The notes: a model not told the origin generated them from the letters alone. A stretch of 30,372 nt of DNA from Octopus sinensis (GCF_006345805.1 NW_021836274.1:1-30372), one strand, 5' to 3'; counted from the first letter of the stretch, positions 11,721-23,029 are shown. Numbers and translations are program-made.

Positions 11721-11798
11721 GCGGTACATATGTTTCGGGCCTTTATTAGACGGATTTATAACAATGCATAATGTGTGTCTATGGCCTTCTTCAGCCGC
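11721..11798 (-). ncRNA. Minimal type I hammerhead ribozyme, array unit 1
   Basis: Minus strand: GCGG-CUGAAGA-aGGCC(long stem II with UAGAC/GUCUA)GGCCc-GAAA-CAUAUG-UA-CCGC. Stem I GCGG/CCGC, palindromic stem III ACAUAUGU, GUA cleavage triplet. Confidence 0.8.
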
Positions 11799-11894
11799 GC
11801 ACAATTACTACCTCAAGGACATGTATTACATAAAATATGAAGCGTCCATCTCGTCCTTCTCAGGTAGTAATATATATATTATTTTGATTAATTT

Positions 11895-11942
<48 letters not shown>

Positions 11943-12223
11943 ATTATTTGAAGGAATATTATTCCTAACTACAGAGAAAAATTCAATTTAGAAATACTAA
12001 ATCAAATTTCACAAAATATAATATATATATATAAATTAGGCAAAAATCACCTTTTATCATTTCAAAATGAACAATTAATCTCACCATCCAGAAACTTTTT
12101 TATTATTATATTGCAATTTACTTAATCATCGGTATATTATTGTTATTTTAATTTTAATATTTCTATTATATGTAATTTTCTAGATGGTGTTCATTTGGAA
12201 TTGATAAGAGGTGTTGTTTTCTA

Positions 12224-12296
<73 letters not shown>

Positions 12297-12401
12297 AATT
12301 CAGGGTGAGTACTTGATAATTGTAAGCACCTGTATATACCGTTTGGTGGTGTAGGTGGTGGAGTAAATTAATCAAAATAAAAACATGATGCCAAGGATTC
12401 A

Positions 12402-12479
12402 GCGGTACATATGTTTCGGGCCTTTATTAGACGGATTTATAACAATGCATAATGTGTGTCTATGGCCTTCTTCAGCCGC
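12402..12479 (-). ncRNA. Minimal type I hammerhead ribozyme, array unit 2
   Basis: Identical to 11721-11798. Confidence 0.8.
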
Positions 12480-12575
12480 GCACAATTACTACCTCAAGGA
12501 CATGTATTACATAAAATATGAAGCGTCCATCTCGTCCTTCTCAGGTAGTAATATATATATTATTTTGATTAATTT

Positions 12576-12623
<48 letters not shown>

Positions 12624-12913
12624 ATTATTTGAAGGAATATTATTCCTAACTACAGAGAAAAATTCAATTTAGAAATACTAAATCAAATTTCACAAAATAT
12701 AATATATATATATAAATTAGGCAAAAATCACCTTTTATCATTTCAAAATGAACAATTAATCTCACCATCCAGAAACTTTTTTATTATTATATTGCAATTT
12801 ACTTAATCATCGGTATATTATTGTTATTTTAATTTTAATATTTCTATTATATGTAATTTTCTAGATGGTGTTCATTTGGAATTGATAAGAGGTGTTGTTT
12901 TCTAATTTATATA

Positions 12914-12977
<64 letters not shown>

Positions 12978-13082
12978 AATTCAGGGTGAGTACTTGATAA
13001 TTGTAAGCACCTGTATATACCGTTTGGTGGTGTAGGTGGTGGAGTAAATTAATCAAAATAAAAACATGATGCCAAGGATTCA

Positions 13083-13160
13083 GCGGTACATATGTTTCGG
13101 GCCTTTATTAGACGGATTTATAACAATGCATAATGTGTGTCTATGGCCTTCTTCAGCCGC
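13083..13160 (-). ncRNA. Minimal type I hammerhead ribozyme, array unit 3
   Basis: Identical to 11721-11798. Confidence 0.8.
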
Positions 13161-13692
13161 GCACAATTACTACCTCAAGGACATGTATTACATAAAATAT
13201 GAAGCGTCCATCTCGTCCTTCTCAAGGTAGTAATATATATATTATTTTGATTAATTTATATATATATATATATGTCATTTCAGTTTTAAATATTCACCTC
13301 ATTTCTTCAGGAGTGTTGAAATTTGGTTGTAGTTTGCAATAAATCCATCGACAAGATAGAGGAAGCGTCGTTGCTCTGTTGAACTCGTCGCTGTTGTTTG
13401 ACCCCAGAACAGCTCCGACAGAACAATCATTTAATCAAAGTGTTCTGACCGTGACCGTCCAGTTATATTTGCAGGCAATCATTTACCAATGTGTCAGACC
13501 CTATTTAAGCGGGAAGTGAGTGATTTGAAGCGGTTTGGTTTGCAATTTTAGTAGATCAGACAACCACGTAAGTGCGCCCTCGTTAGCTGGTATCTAAGTT
13601 GTTAACACTCTTAATAAAGACATCAACACTACAAATTCACATTTCTCTTATCGTTTTGTAAGCAATCAATTACCCTGAACCACGTGAATAGT

Positions 13693-13711
13693 AATAATAA
13701 TAATAATAATA

Positions 13712-13764
<53 letters not shown>

Positions 13765-13791
13765 AAAGATGATGATGATGATGATGATGAT

Positions 13792-13842
<51 letters not shown>

Positions 13843-13846
13843 TAAA
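13693..13846. repeat. (AAT)n/(GAT)n microsatellite
   Basis: Directly visible. Confidence 0.95.
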
Positions 13847-13847
13847 T

Positions 13848-14390
13848 GCCCTGACAGTGGCTCTCGTGGTTTCCGATCTTAACTGATTGGAAGTGTTATC
13901 ATGTACATTGTTTTGTCTTCGTATTAAAGATGGGCTACAGCAAATATTCTGCTCAATACCACAGATTTGCTTGTCAGTTGTTTGACCTTAACCAGTTGAG
14001 CATGTCCCTTAGTGGCTGACGATATGTGCATCTCTGATCACGAGCAGAAGTAGTGGGGGAGCATGATAGCCATGTGTTGAGAGGGATTCTTTGGGGTTTG
14101 AATAATTCACCTCTGGAAACATGGGTGTTTCGTTCAACATCCTTAAACAACCCTTATTCAGGGACCTTTTGAACGGGATGGGTTACTCGACCAGAAGAAA
14201 ATTCTAACTGGGCTCCACCTGCAAGGTCATGCGCTGTTTATCTTGATGTGAGATCACCATGTCGCGCACATATGGTTGCGATGCATGTGCCTAGTGTACC
14301 CTTATCAGATGGGTAGTCATGATGGGTATACTGGGCTTCGTATATTTTACCACAGTGTCGCTTTGATGGCATGCACTGCTCTCTCATTCA
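13848..14390 (+). mobile_element. (TAA)n-flanked non-coding insertion, probably the 3' UTR of an R4/Dong-type non-LTR retrotransposon or a dependent SINE
   Basis: Complex, more GC-rich 540-bp block bounded precisely by (AAT)n on both sides. Dong elements are known to target TAA repeats. The family assignment is inference only. Confidence 0.5.
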
Positions 14391-14429
14391 ATAATAATAA
14401 TAATAATAATAACAGCAACAGCACCAATA

Positions 14430-14945
14430 ATGGCTTCAAATTTTAGCACAATGCCAGTAATTCTGGGGAAGGGTGTATGTCAATTACATCGACCCTATTG
14501 CTCAACTTGTACCTATTTTATCGGCTCTGAAAGGAAAAGGCAATCGACCTAGGTAGAATTTGAACTCAGAACCTAAGGACAACCAAAATGCCCCAAGGAT
14601 CCCCCAAAATGCTCAGAATGCTGCTTAATATTGCCGTCGTCGTGCTAACGATTCTGTCAGCTCATTTTTTTCTTCTTTGTTTTTTGTTTTATATTTATTG
14701 ATAATAATCCTTTCTACTATAGTAAAGGAGCTTGAAATGTTGAGGGGGTGATGCGGGGATGGAATGGGGTAAGTAAGTCGATTATATCGACTCCTGTGCT
14801 CAGCTGGTAGTTATGTCTCTCCCCGAAGAGATGAAAAGCAAAGTCAACTTCGGCGGAATATGAATCCAAAAAGTACAAAGTCGAAAATATAAAAAATAGC
14901 CATGAAGCATTTTGTTCGATGCGCCAGCAATTATGCTATCTCACC
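14430..14945 (-). mobile_element. Two degenerate family B SINE copies
   Basis: Diverged matches to TCGACCCC...CTGGTACTTA...GAAAGGATGAAAGGCAAAGTCGACCTCGGCGGAATTTGAACTCAGAAC at ~14490-14575 and ~14780-14870. Confidence 0.75.
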
Positions 14946-15087
14946 TCCATGTTGCTACAAATAAGAGTTACAGATTCAGTCAGCAGTTTTGAGTAGAAGA
15001 ACTTGAATAACTTCGACCCCCCCCCCCCGGTACTTCACTAACACTTAATTTTATGGACCCCGGGGTGGAGGAATGAAAGGCTTAGAT

Positions 15088-15478
15088 CAAGGGTTCTCAA
15101 CATGGATCCATATAAGAATTTTGGGAGCCTACGTAGCAAAATAGTAAATTGGGGATCAACGTGTTGTAAGTAGCTTGCTTACCAACCAAATGGTTCCGAG
15201 TTTAGTCTCACTGTGTGGCACCTTGGGCAAGTGTCTTCTACTATAGCCTCGGGCCGACCAAAGCCTTGTGAATGGATTAGGTAGACGGAAATTGAAAGAA
15301 GCCTGTCGTATATATAGGTGCATGAGCGGCTGTGTGGTAAGAAGTTTGCTTAGCAACAACATAGCTTGGGGTTCAGTCCTACTGTGTGACACCTTGGGCA
15401 AGTGTCTTCTAGTATAGCCTCGGGCCGACCAATGCCTTGTGAGTTGATTTGGTAGACGGAAACTGAAAGAAGCCATCG

Positions 15479-15535
<57 letters not shown>

Positions 15536-16218
15536 GGTATGTATTTGTCGTTCGTGTCTGTTTGTCCCTCCACTATTGCTTGACAATCGATGTTGCTGTG
15601 ATTACGACCCCGTAACGTAGCGGTTTGTCAAAAAATAACCGATAGAATAAGTATTAGGGGTCGATTTATTCGACTAAAGGTAGTGCTCTAGCATGGCCGC
15701 AGTCAAATGACTGAAACAAGTAAAAGAATAAAAGAATAAAAAATATGTGTGTGTATGTTTGTGTTTCTCCCCCATTATCACTTGACGACCGATGTTCGTG
15801 TGTTTACGTCCCCGTAATTTAGTTATTTCGGCAAAAGAGACCAATAGGATAAGTACTAGGCTTACAAAGAATAGGTCCTGGCGTCGATTTGTTCGACTAA
15901 AGGCGATGTTCCAACCTGACCGCAGACAAGTGACTGACACTAGTAAAAGAGTAAAAAGGGCAATAATATTTTTTGAGGGCCCCTGAAAAATGTTGCCTTC
16001 GATGAATGTATTGGTATGGATTGCAGGGGACAGCCATGTCGCTTTCTTCGACATTTTCCATAGTTCAGTCTGCACAAAACAATGTGCGAAAGACGAAATA
16101 GGAATTTTTTCTATAAAACTAGTATTGAAACATCGAATGGATAGAGGGGTCCACCAGAATAAAATAGTAATCAAAGGGGCCGCCCATGGATTAAAAAAAA
16201 AATGGTAAAGAACCGCAA
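15088..16218. mobile_element. Probable hAT-type MITE split by inserted family A SINEs
   Basis: Left end CAAGGGTTCTCAAC resembles hAT/Charlie TIRs, with a degenerate right end GTAAAGAACCGCAA. AAAATAGTAA...GGGG and GG(A/G)TCCA-like motifs occur in both halves (15088-15160, 15960-16218). No clear 8-bp TSD. Confidence 0.4.
15161..15957 (+). mobile_element. Family A CORE-type SINE cluster (two heads, two tails)
   Basis: Heads at ~15161-15310 and ~15316-15480 with GTGTG(G/A)CACCTTGGGCAAGTGTCTT (CORE-like), then (TA)n, then tails at ~15550-15730 and ~15745-15957. Confidence 0.88.
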
Positions 16219-16325
16219 GTGGATATGATCCAGGCGGGATTAGGGATCAGGGTGTAGTGTCCGAAGAAATGCCACTCAGTATTTTGTCCGACGCTCTAAT
16301 AGTTCTGCTAGCTCGCTACCCTTGG

Positions 16326-16340
16326 ACTACTACTACTACG

Positions 16341-16378
<38 letters not shown>

Positions 16379-16392
16379 CACTACTGCTGCTG

Positions 16393-16450
<58 letters not shown>

Positions 16451-16757
16451 TACTACTGATGATGATGCTGCCCCGCTTCTATGACTATTACCACCGCCAT
16501 CACCACCACCACCACCACCACCACCACCACCAACCACCACCACCACCACCACCGCTACCACTATTTCTACAACTAACCCATTACCGCTACTAACACCACT
16601 ACTATAACTAACACCACGACCACCACTACTCCTACTATTAACACTACTACCACTACTAGTGCTGCTGCTACTACTACTACTACTACTACTTTTACTAGCA
16701 TCACCACCATTACTACCACTACTTCCACTACTACTACTACTGCTGCTGCTGCTGTTG
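16326..16757. repeat. (CTA)n/(CCA)n/(CTG)n trinucleotide low-complexity tract
   Basis: Directly visible. Source of the poly-T, poly-S and poly-V ORFs. Confidence 0.95.
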
Positions 16758-17949
16758 TTTTCCATGATTCATGTTTCAAATCCTCGTAGGGTTGTTTGCC
16801 CACCAACTTATCTCTTAGGGTAGAACGAAGAACAAGTGACAATGTTTTAATTCACAAAGCTGAATCAATCGACTTATACTCCATTATTCACTCATTGAGA
16901 ACAAGAAATACATGAATATTATATAAATATGATATATAAAATAAATCGGGGCCATTGTGCCAGAGAAGACCATTGTGGCTGAAAAAAATTAATTATTACG
17001 TTGCGGAATTGCTATGGCGGAAAAAAAAAGGGAGGAAAATTATTACATTGAGATGTGGTATGGAAAAAAACATTCCATTGTGAAATGGTATGGAAAATTA
17101 TTACATAATAAATTGAATAACAAAACAATGCATTGAGCAATGAAAAATCATTAGATAATGGTTTCCGAATTATGCGTTAATGCCTCTTTTAGAATCGAAC
17201 GAAGAAGAAAGAAATAGGAGAGAGAAAGTGAAAGAGAAAGTAGAGATGGGTGTGTGTTAGAGAGAAAGAGATAGAGAGGGAGAGATGCATTGTGGGAATT
17301 AGAATTTGTGACTTCGTTACATTATATCGTTTCTCTTCGCCCTGAGCTATGTTACTGAATGGAAGCTCTCCCAGACCCATCATTCCACGCCAGTACAGAG
17401 TGCAGTATTTGCGCACAATGCCGCAGGTCTTTAACGCAGTACGTGAAGCCATTTCTTTAGCCTAAAAATGGAGAAACTAGGTCACGGTTATAATTCGCCG
17501 AGAACTTTTACTGTTGTATCACACTGCTTGCCGTCTGTACAGTGCCAGTAGAGCTTGCAGCTCCCTGCAGTGTCGTCACACAGATAGATATAATAATTAA
17601 ATAACAGTCTGTATGGCTATTCAATGTAGAATAAAATAAACTAAACAAAAAATCCGATAATGATTTCTTTTGAGTGGAGAGACAAGACGCATTTTGTTGT
17701 GCTAGAGGGTATAGTCGGGTGAATGAAGACTTTACATTACTGGCAGTATATTATTGACCCTCGATGGGATAGAAAGAGTGAGAGAGTGAGAGGAGGAAGA
17801 GAATGGGAGGTAAATAATGTTGGAAACACTAGAGAAACCAATAACCAGCTTGGCCTTTATCTAATATTTTTCTTCTGCAAAAACCGACACGATTGTCACT
17901 TAAGACAAATACGATCCTGATTTCAAGAGACAAGTAGGTAACGGGTACT

Positions 17950-18102
17950 TGGCTGTGTGGTAAGTAGCTTGCTAACCAACCACATGGTTCCGGGTTCAGT
18001 CTCACTGCGTGGCATCTTGGGCAAGTGTCTTCTGCTATAGCCCCGGGCCGACCAATGCCTTGTAAGTGGATTTGGTAGACGGAAACTGAAAGAAGCCTGT
18101 CG

Positions 18103-18138
<36 letters not shown>

Positions 18139-18388
18139 GTGTGTGTGTGTGTGTGTGTGTGTGTTTGTGTGTTTGTGTGTCTGTGTTTGTCCCCCTAGCA
18201 TTGCTTGACAACCGATGCTGGTGTGTTTACATCCCCGTCACTTAGCGGTTCGGCAAATGAGACCGATAGAACAAATACTGACCTTACAAAGAATAAGTCC
18301 TGGGGTCGATTTGCTCGACTAAAGGTGGTGCTCCAGCATGGCCGCAGTCAAATGACTGAAACAAATAAAAGAGTAAAAGAGTAAAAGA
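17950..18388 (+). mobile_element. Family A CORE-type SINE
   Basis: TGGCTGTGTGGTAAG A box, GGGTTCAGTC B box, CTTGGGCAAGT core, internal (TA)(TG) tract, tail GGTGCTCCAGCATGGCCGCAGTCAAATGACTGAAAC plus (GTAAAAGA)n. Confidence 0.92.
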
Positions 18389-18404
18389 TTATATATACAT
18401 ATAT

Positions 18405-18574
18405 AGGCGTAGGAGTGGATGTGTGGTAAGTAGCTTGCTTACCAATCACATAGTTCCGGTTCCAGTCCCACTGCGTGGCACCTTGGGGAAGTATCTTCTA
18501 CTATAGCCTCGGATTTGGTAGACGGAAATTGAAAGAAGCCCGTCGTATATATGTATATATATATATATATATAC

Positions 18575-18618
<44 letters not shown>

Positions 18619-18823
18619 CGTGTGTGTGTGTATGTTTGTGTGTCTGTGTTTGTCCCCCTAGCATCGCTTGACAAACGATGCTGGTGTGTTTGCGTCCCCG
18701 TAAGTTTGCGGTTCGGCAAAAGAGACCGATAGAATAAGTACAAGACATGCACTTACAAGACAAGATTTGCTCGACTAAAGGCGGTTCTCCAGCAGTCAAA
18801 ATGACTAAAACAACTAAAAGAGT
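18405..18823 (+). mobile_element. Family A CORE-type SINE with internal deletions
   Basis: Same head, body and tail as 17950-18388. Confidence 0.9.
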
Positions 18824-19101
18824 AGGTATGGAAAACTATTTCACGATACGGTCATAGGTGAGTGATTAAATGGCTTGCTGTCAACGACGTGGTTTTGTGT
18901 TCACTCCTACTGTACATCACCTTGACACCTTGAGCAATCTCCTAAGAGAGCTGCGGACGACCAATCATTGTGAGTGAATGAAGTTGCAAAACGGAGACTG
19001 TGCAGAAGCACACTGTGCGCGTGCACCTCTCACTCACTCACTCACTCACTATCCCCCTCTCTCTCTTTCTCTCTCTTTCTTTCTCTCTCTCTCTCTCTCT
19101 C

Positions 19102-19141
<40 letters not shown>

Positions 19142-19324
19142 ATATATATATAATTAAATTAGGTAGCTGTTTAGCAACGTATACATAATTATAATCAAGG
19201 AGAAGTATAATTATTATTAAATATCACAGAGGTTTTTAGAATACCTACAATGCTAGAAATATGAGCTAACTTGCTCTGATGCTGCAGTCAACGCATACAA
19301 TTATGTATACCTACCTACACACAC

Positions 19325-19334
19325 TCTATCTATG

Positions 19335-19408
<74 letters not shown>

Positions 19409-19425
19409 CCTACCTACCTACCTAC

Positions 19426-19457
<32 letters not shown>

Positions 19458-19521
19458 ATATATATATACATACATATATACGTATATACATATGTATATA
19501 TGTATACATCTATCTATCTAA

Positions 19522-19572
<51 letters not shown>

Positions 19573-19655
19573 TATGTGGTGTGTGTGTGTGTGGTGTGTG
19601 GTGTGTATATATAAATGTACACACATACACATATACATATATATATATATATCTA
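19325..19655. repeat. (TCTA)n/(CCTA)n/(TA)n/(TG)n compound microsatellite
   Basis: Directly visible. Confidence 0.95.
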
Positions 19656-19981
19656 CAAATTAGAAATGGAAACAAAATAATAAATTGAATAATTAAGTAA
19701 TTGAATCATTAAATGATAAATTCAATTCAATCTTATTACTTCTATATAAACAAATCAAGTTACATCTGTTTCTACTCCATTAAAAATAGTTTTGTCTAAA
19801 ATTAACAGGTTTTGTCTAAAATTAACATGTTACCCTTTTAAAATATGATGAGGTTTCTTCAGACCGGCATATTTTCTTAAATATTTTACGAAAATAGCAA
19901 GTAAATATTGCCTATAAGTGTAAACGCTTTTAAAACCCTTTAAGTGCGAAATTAGTATCTAGTACTATATATTTGTAGATG

Positions 19982-20067
<86 letters not shown>

Positions 20068-20072
<5 letters not shown>

Positions 20073-20470
20073 TGTGTGGTAAGTAGCTTGCCTACCAACC
20101 ACATGGTTCTGGGTTCTGTCCCACTGCGTGGCATCTTGGGCAAGTGTCTTCTGCTATAGCCTCGGACCGACCAAAGCCTTGTGAGTGGATTTGGTAGACG
20201 GAAACTGAAAGAAGTCTGTCGTATGTATGTATGTATATATATATGTATGTATGTGTATGTATATGTTTGTGTGTCTGTGTTTGTCTCTCTAACATTGCTT
20301 GACAACCGATGTTGGTGTGTTTACGTCCCTGTCACTTAGCGGTTCAGCAAAAGAGACCGATAGAATAAGTACTGGGCTTACAATGAATAAGTCCCGGGGT
20401 CGATTTGCTCGACTAAAGGCGGTGCTCCAGCATGGCCGCAGTCAAAATGACTGAAACAAGTAAAAGAGTG
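20068..20470 (+). mobile_element. Family A CORE-type SINE
   Basis: Full body and tail as in other family A copies, preceded by (TA)n(GA)n. Confidence 0.92.
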
Positions 20471-20487
20471 TATATATATATATATAT

Positions 20488-20944
20488 ATTAATTATAATA
20501 AAGGGTTAATTGCAACAAGTTGCTCAAAACCACATACCCAAAATATTAGAAATAGCAGCCAAATAGATCACTATTTCTACTACTAGTAAAAAAGGCTCCA
20601 CAAATAAACAAAATTTGTAACCCGTATTTGGTAAAGAGAAAGAAGACAACGAAATCCCAGCCTATTGGATTAATTATAGACGAATCCGTTTCTGGATTAG
20701 AACCGAAAGTTCATTTCCTTGTCAATATAATATTTCCTATAAATCTAGAAATGCTAGGAAAAAGAACTCACCCATTACACCAGCTCGGTCAGGCGACATC
20801 GAACGATATAACGGTCCGCGCTAGCATCTCTACATTTATATAGACAGGCGAATTCGTATCTTCCTCCAAAATTACCACCACGTGAATTACAAAAACATTA
20901 CCAACGAAACGAAGTTTCGCAGATTCATTGTATGGGAGTAAATA

Positions 20945-20945
<1 letters not shown>
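20488..20945 (-). mobile_element. (TA)n-embedded non-coding element carrying a hammerhead motif
   Basis: Bounded by (TA)n on both sides. Collinear similarity with 21160-21430 (ACCACATACC...AGAAATAGCAGCCAAA...CTATTTCT, the HHR, GAAATGCTAGGAA...ACCC) and with 3695-3775. Confidence 0.7.
20673..20731 (-). ncRNA. Putative minimal type I hammerhead ribozyme (U3-A8 variant or 1-nt-deleted core)
   Basis: Minus strand: AUUAUA-UUGACAA-GGA(aauGAACuuucgGUUCuaa)UCCa-GAAA-CGGAUUCG-UC-UAUAAU. Perfect 6-bp stem I, GUC site. Confidence 0.65.
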
Positions 20946-20984
<39 letters not shown>

Positions 20985-20987
<3 letters not shown>

Positions 20988-21645
20988 CATCATCAAAAAA
21001 AAAAAAAAAAAGGGGTAGAATGAATTAATTGTTAATAAATTCGACCAAGCAGTATTCGGTATGTAAAGACCATTTACGGTATATTTGAAGTATTAATTTA
21101 TAAAAATATGGTAAAGTAAAAAAAAAAAGTAAAAAAAAAAAAAAAAAAAAAAGTAAAAAATTCACTTTACCACACACCGAACTTTTCAGAAATAGCAGCC
21201 AAAAATTTGGCTATTTCTTCAACTGCAAATAAAAGTCTCCAGACAATGCATACTCAGAAAATAACTCACATAGGTATAAGGGAAAAAACAATGAAAGATC
21301 ACATCCATATACGATACCCGAGGACAGTCTGTTTCTGGATTTGTGGGTAAAACGCCACTTTTCCTTCATCAGCTCAGAGATTTCTTCTGATTTAGATTTG
21401 AAAATACTAAGAATCTAACATACCCGTCCGATATCTGTAACATCGGACAAACCATGCCAGACACCCAGTACTAGCGAATCCAAAAATACGAATGAGATCT
21501 ATTATTCTCCCTGTCCACCCATGTGAGTCATAGAGCATTACATTTCTACAGAGGTAAAAACTGCAGTTCAAATTCTTGGAGATTAAAGCATTATATTGTC
21601 ATCAAAAAAAGGGGTAGAATGAATTAATTGTTGCATACTCGATAC
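20985..21645 (-). mobile_element. Hammerhead-bearing non-coding element with terminal direct repeat
   Basis: TCATC(A)nGGGGTAGAATGAATTAATTGTT occurs at ~20989-21033 and ~21599-21632. Internal canonical HHR. Homologous to the neighbouring element. Confidence 0.7.
21317..21378 (-). ncRNA. Minimal type I hammerhead ribozyme with canonical core
   Basis: Minus strand: UCUGAG-CUGAUGA-aGGA(aaaGUGGcguuuuacCCACaaa)UCCa-GAAA-CAGACUG-UC-CUCGGG. Stem I CUGAG/CUCGG, stem III ACAG/CUGU, GUC site. Confidence 0.85.
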
Positions 21646-21909
21646 ACAGGTTTACGTATTTATCTCATATATACTTACATCATACATACATAATACATAC
21701 ATACACAATTCCATATATACATGTATATGAATATCTGATAAAAGCTTAATTTATATATTAATTAAAATCGAAATAAAAGAAATTTATATGGATACTTAGA
21801 TCTTACGATGTTTACGATCATATATAAGGTAAATACAGGGGAGATAACTATTTTGCTAAACGAAAGCCAAAGTCTAATAAATACCAAAATCTAATAAAAA
21901 TCTAATAAA

Positions 21910-21940
21910 TATATATATATGTGTGTGTATTTATGTATAT

Positions 21941-22002
<62 letters not shown>

Positions 22003-22056
22003 TGTGATGTGTATATATATTGTATATATTGTATATATATATATATATATATATAG

Positions 22057-22105
<49 letters not shown>
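21910..22105. repeat. Long interrupted (TA)n microsatellite
   Basis: Directly visible. Confidence 0.95.
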
Positions 22106-22107
<2 letters not shown>

Positions 22108-22279
22108 CAGGTAGGTATGTAGGTAGGTATAGATATGATTTTTATGTTTGTATGGTTACCCATCTTCCACCATCCTCTTCAAACAATTCTGCCTGTTTCC
22201 TCATTACGCTCTCTCTCTCTCTCTATCAGACGTATCCTTTAATGCATGAGTAGATAAGTGGATCCTCATCGCCAAACGA

Positions 22280-22500
22280 CGGAGTTCCACCACCATCATG
22301 GAGTTGGGTGCTAATGTTTTCAAAGAAAAATTTAATCTGTTGACTAAAGTTCCCAAACTCAAAAGAGGGTAACAATATCAGGCCCCCTCCTTTGCCAAAG
22401 GCCGGTAATAACATAATGACCATTGAAATGTTGACAATACTGGCGATCTCCCAGCATGGTCACAACCATTGGCCTTAGACTGCAGAACAGAAAAGAAAGA
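22280..22500 (+). mobile_element. Degenerate 3' remnant of a CR1/L2-type LINE
   Basis: Translation MELGANVFKEKFNLLTKVP resembles RDLVGVDVG*FKTKLDLLLSRVP of the 29969 remnant. Followed by tail GGCGATCTCCCAGCATGGTCACAACC...GACTG, like the 30187 tail. Confidence 0.5.
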
Positions 22501-22764
22501 ATATGCAAAAATTCTAACGAAAATTAAACACTGCTACATAGGTTAGAAACATCTTCTTGTACACCAATTAACATCCATACACACACACACACATTCATAT
22601 ATGTATATACACATACATACATACATACATACATACATACATACATACATACATACATAAATACATGCATACACACACACACGCACCCCCCCCCCACATA
22701 TTATATTATATTTTTTTTTTTGCTTGTTTCTGCTCAGAGCTGCGGCCTTGCTGATGCACTACCG

Positions 22765-22824
<60 letters not shown>

Positions 22825-22828
<4 letters not shown>

Positions 22829-22967
22829 GTAAATAATATGTGACAATTATTCAATAGCCAAGATAAAACTCTGAGTTTCGGATGGTGTTGTGGATTTCCA
22901 CTTCGGCATCCTAAAATCTGAGTTTTATCTTGGCTATTGAATAATTGTCACATATTATTTTACAGAT
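22825..22967. repeat. Near-perfect inverted repeat (47/48-bp arms, 48-nt partly paired spacer) within a (TA)n-flanked element
   Basis: ATCTGTAAATAATATGTGACAATTATTCAATAGCCAAGATAAAACTC (22825-22871) vs 22920-22967, differing by one extra T. Confidence 0.92.
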
Positions 22968-23029
22968 AAATTTCCTCTATTTACATAATATTGAGGTTCT
23001 TTCTTTCTTTTGTTATCTTACTGTTTTTA

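Larger units (their letters stand above)
11254..13272. repeat. Tandem array of three near-identical ~681-bp units, each with TA-bounded modules including a hammerhead
   Basis: Units start at ~11254, 11937 and 12618. Identical ORFs at 11704 and 12385 (offset 681). Differences are mainly single-base indels. Confidence 0.95.

Noticed and set aside
11254-13272. CRISPR-like or coding interpretation of the array (79-aa ORFs)
   Set aside because: Whole units are identical with no unique spacers, the context is eukaryotic, and the ORFs run into (TA)n.
16257-16842. Poly-Thr, poly-Ser and poly-Val ORFs (also the 26313-27047 poly-T/P/H/Y/L ORFs)
   Set aside because: Trinucleotide repeats lacking stops, open on both strands, with no recognisable domain.
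17300-17470. Unique, more GC-rich stretch with a possible minus-strand acceptor (TTTTTAG|GCTAAAGAAATGG) as a host exon
   Set aside because: No recognisable protein in any frame. Needs BLASTX or RNA-seq; cannot be supported, though not excluded.
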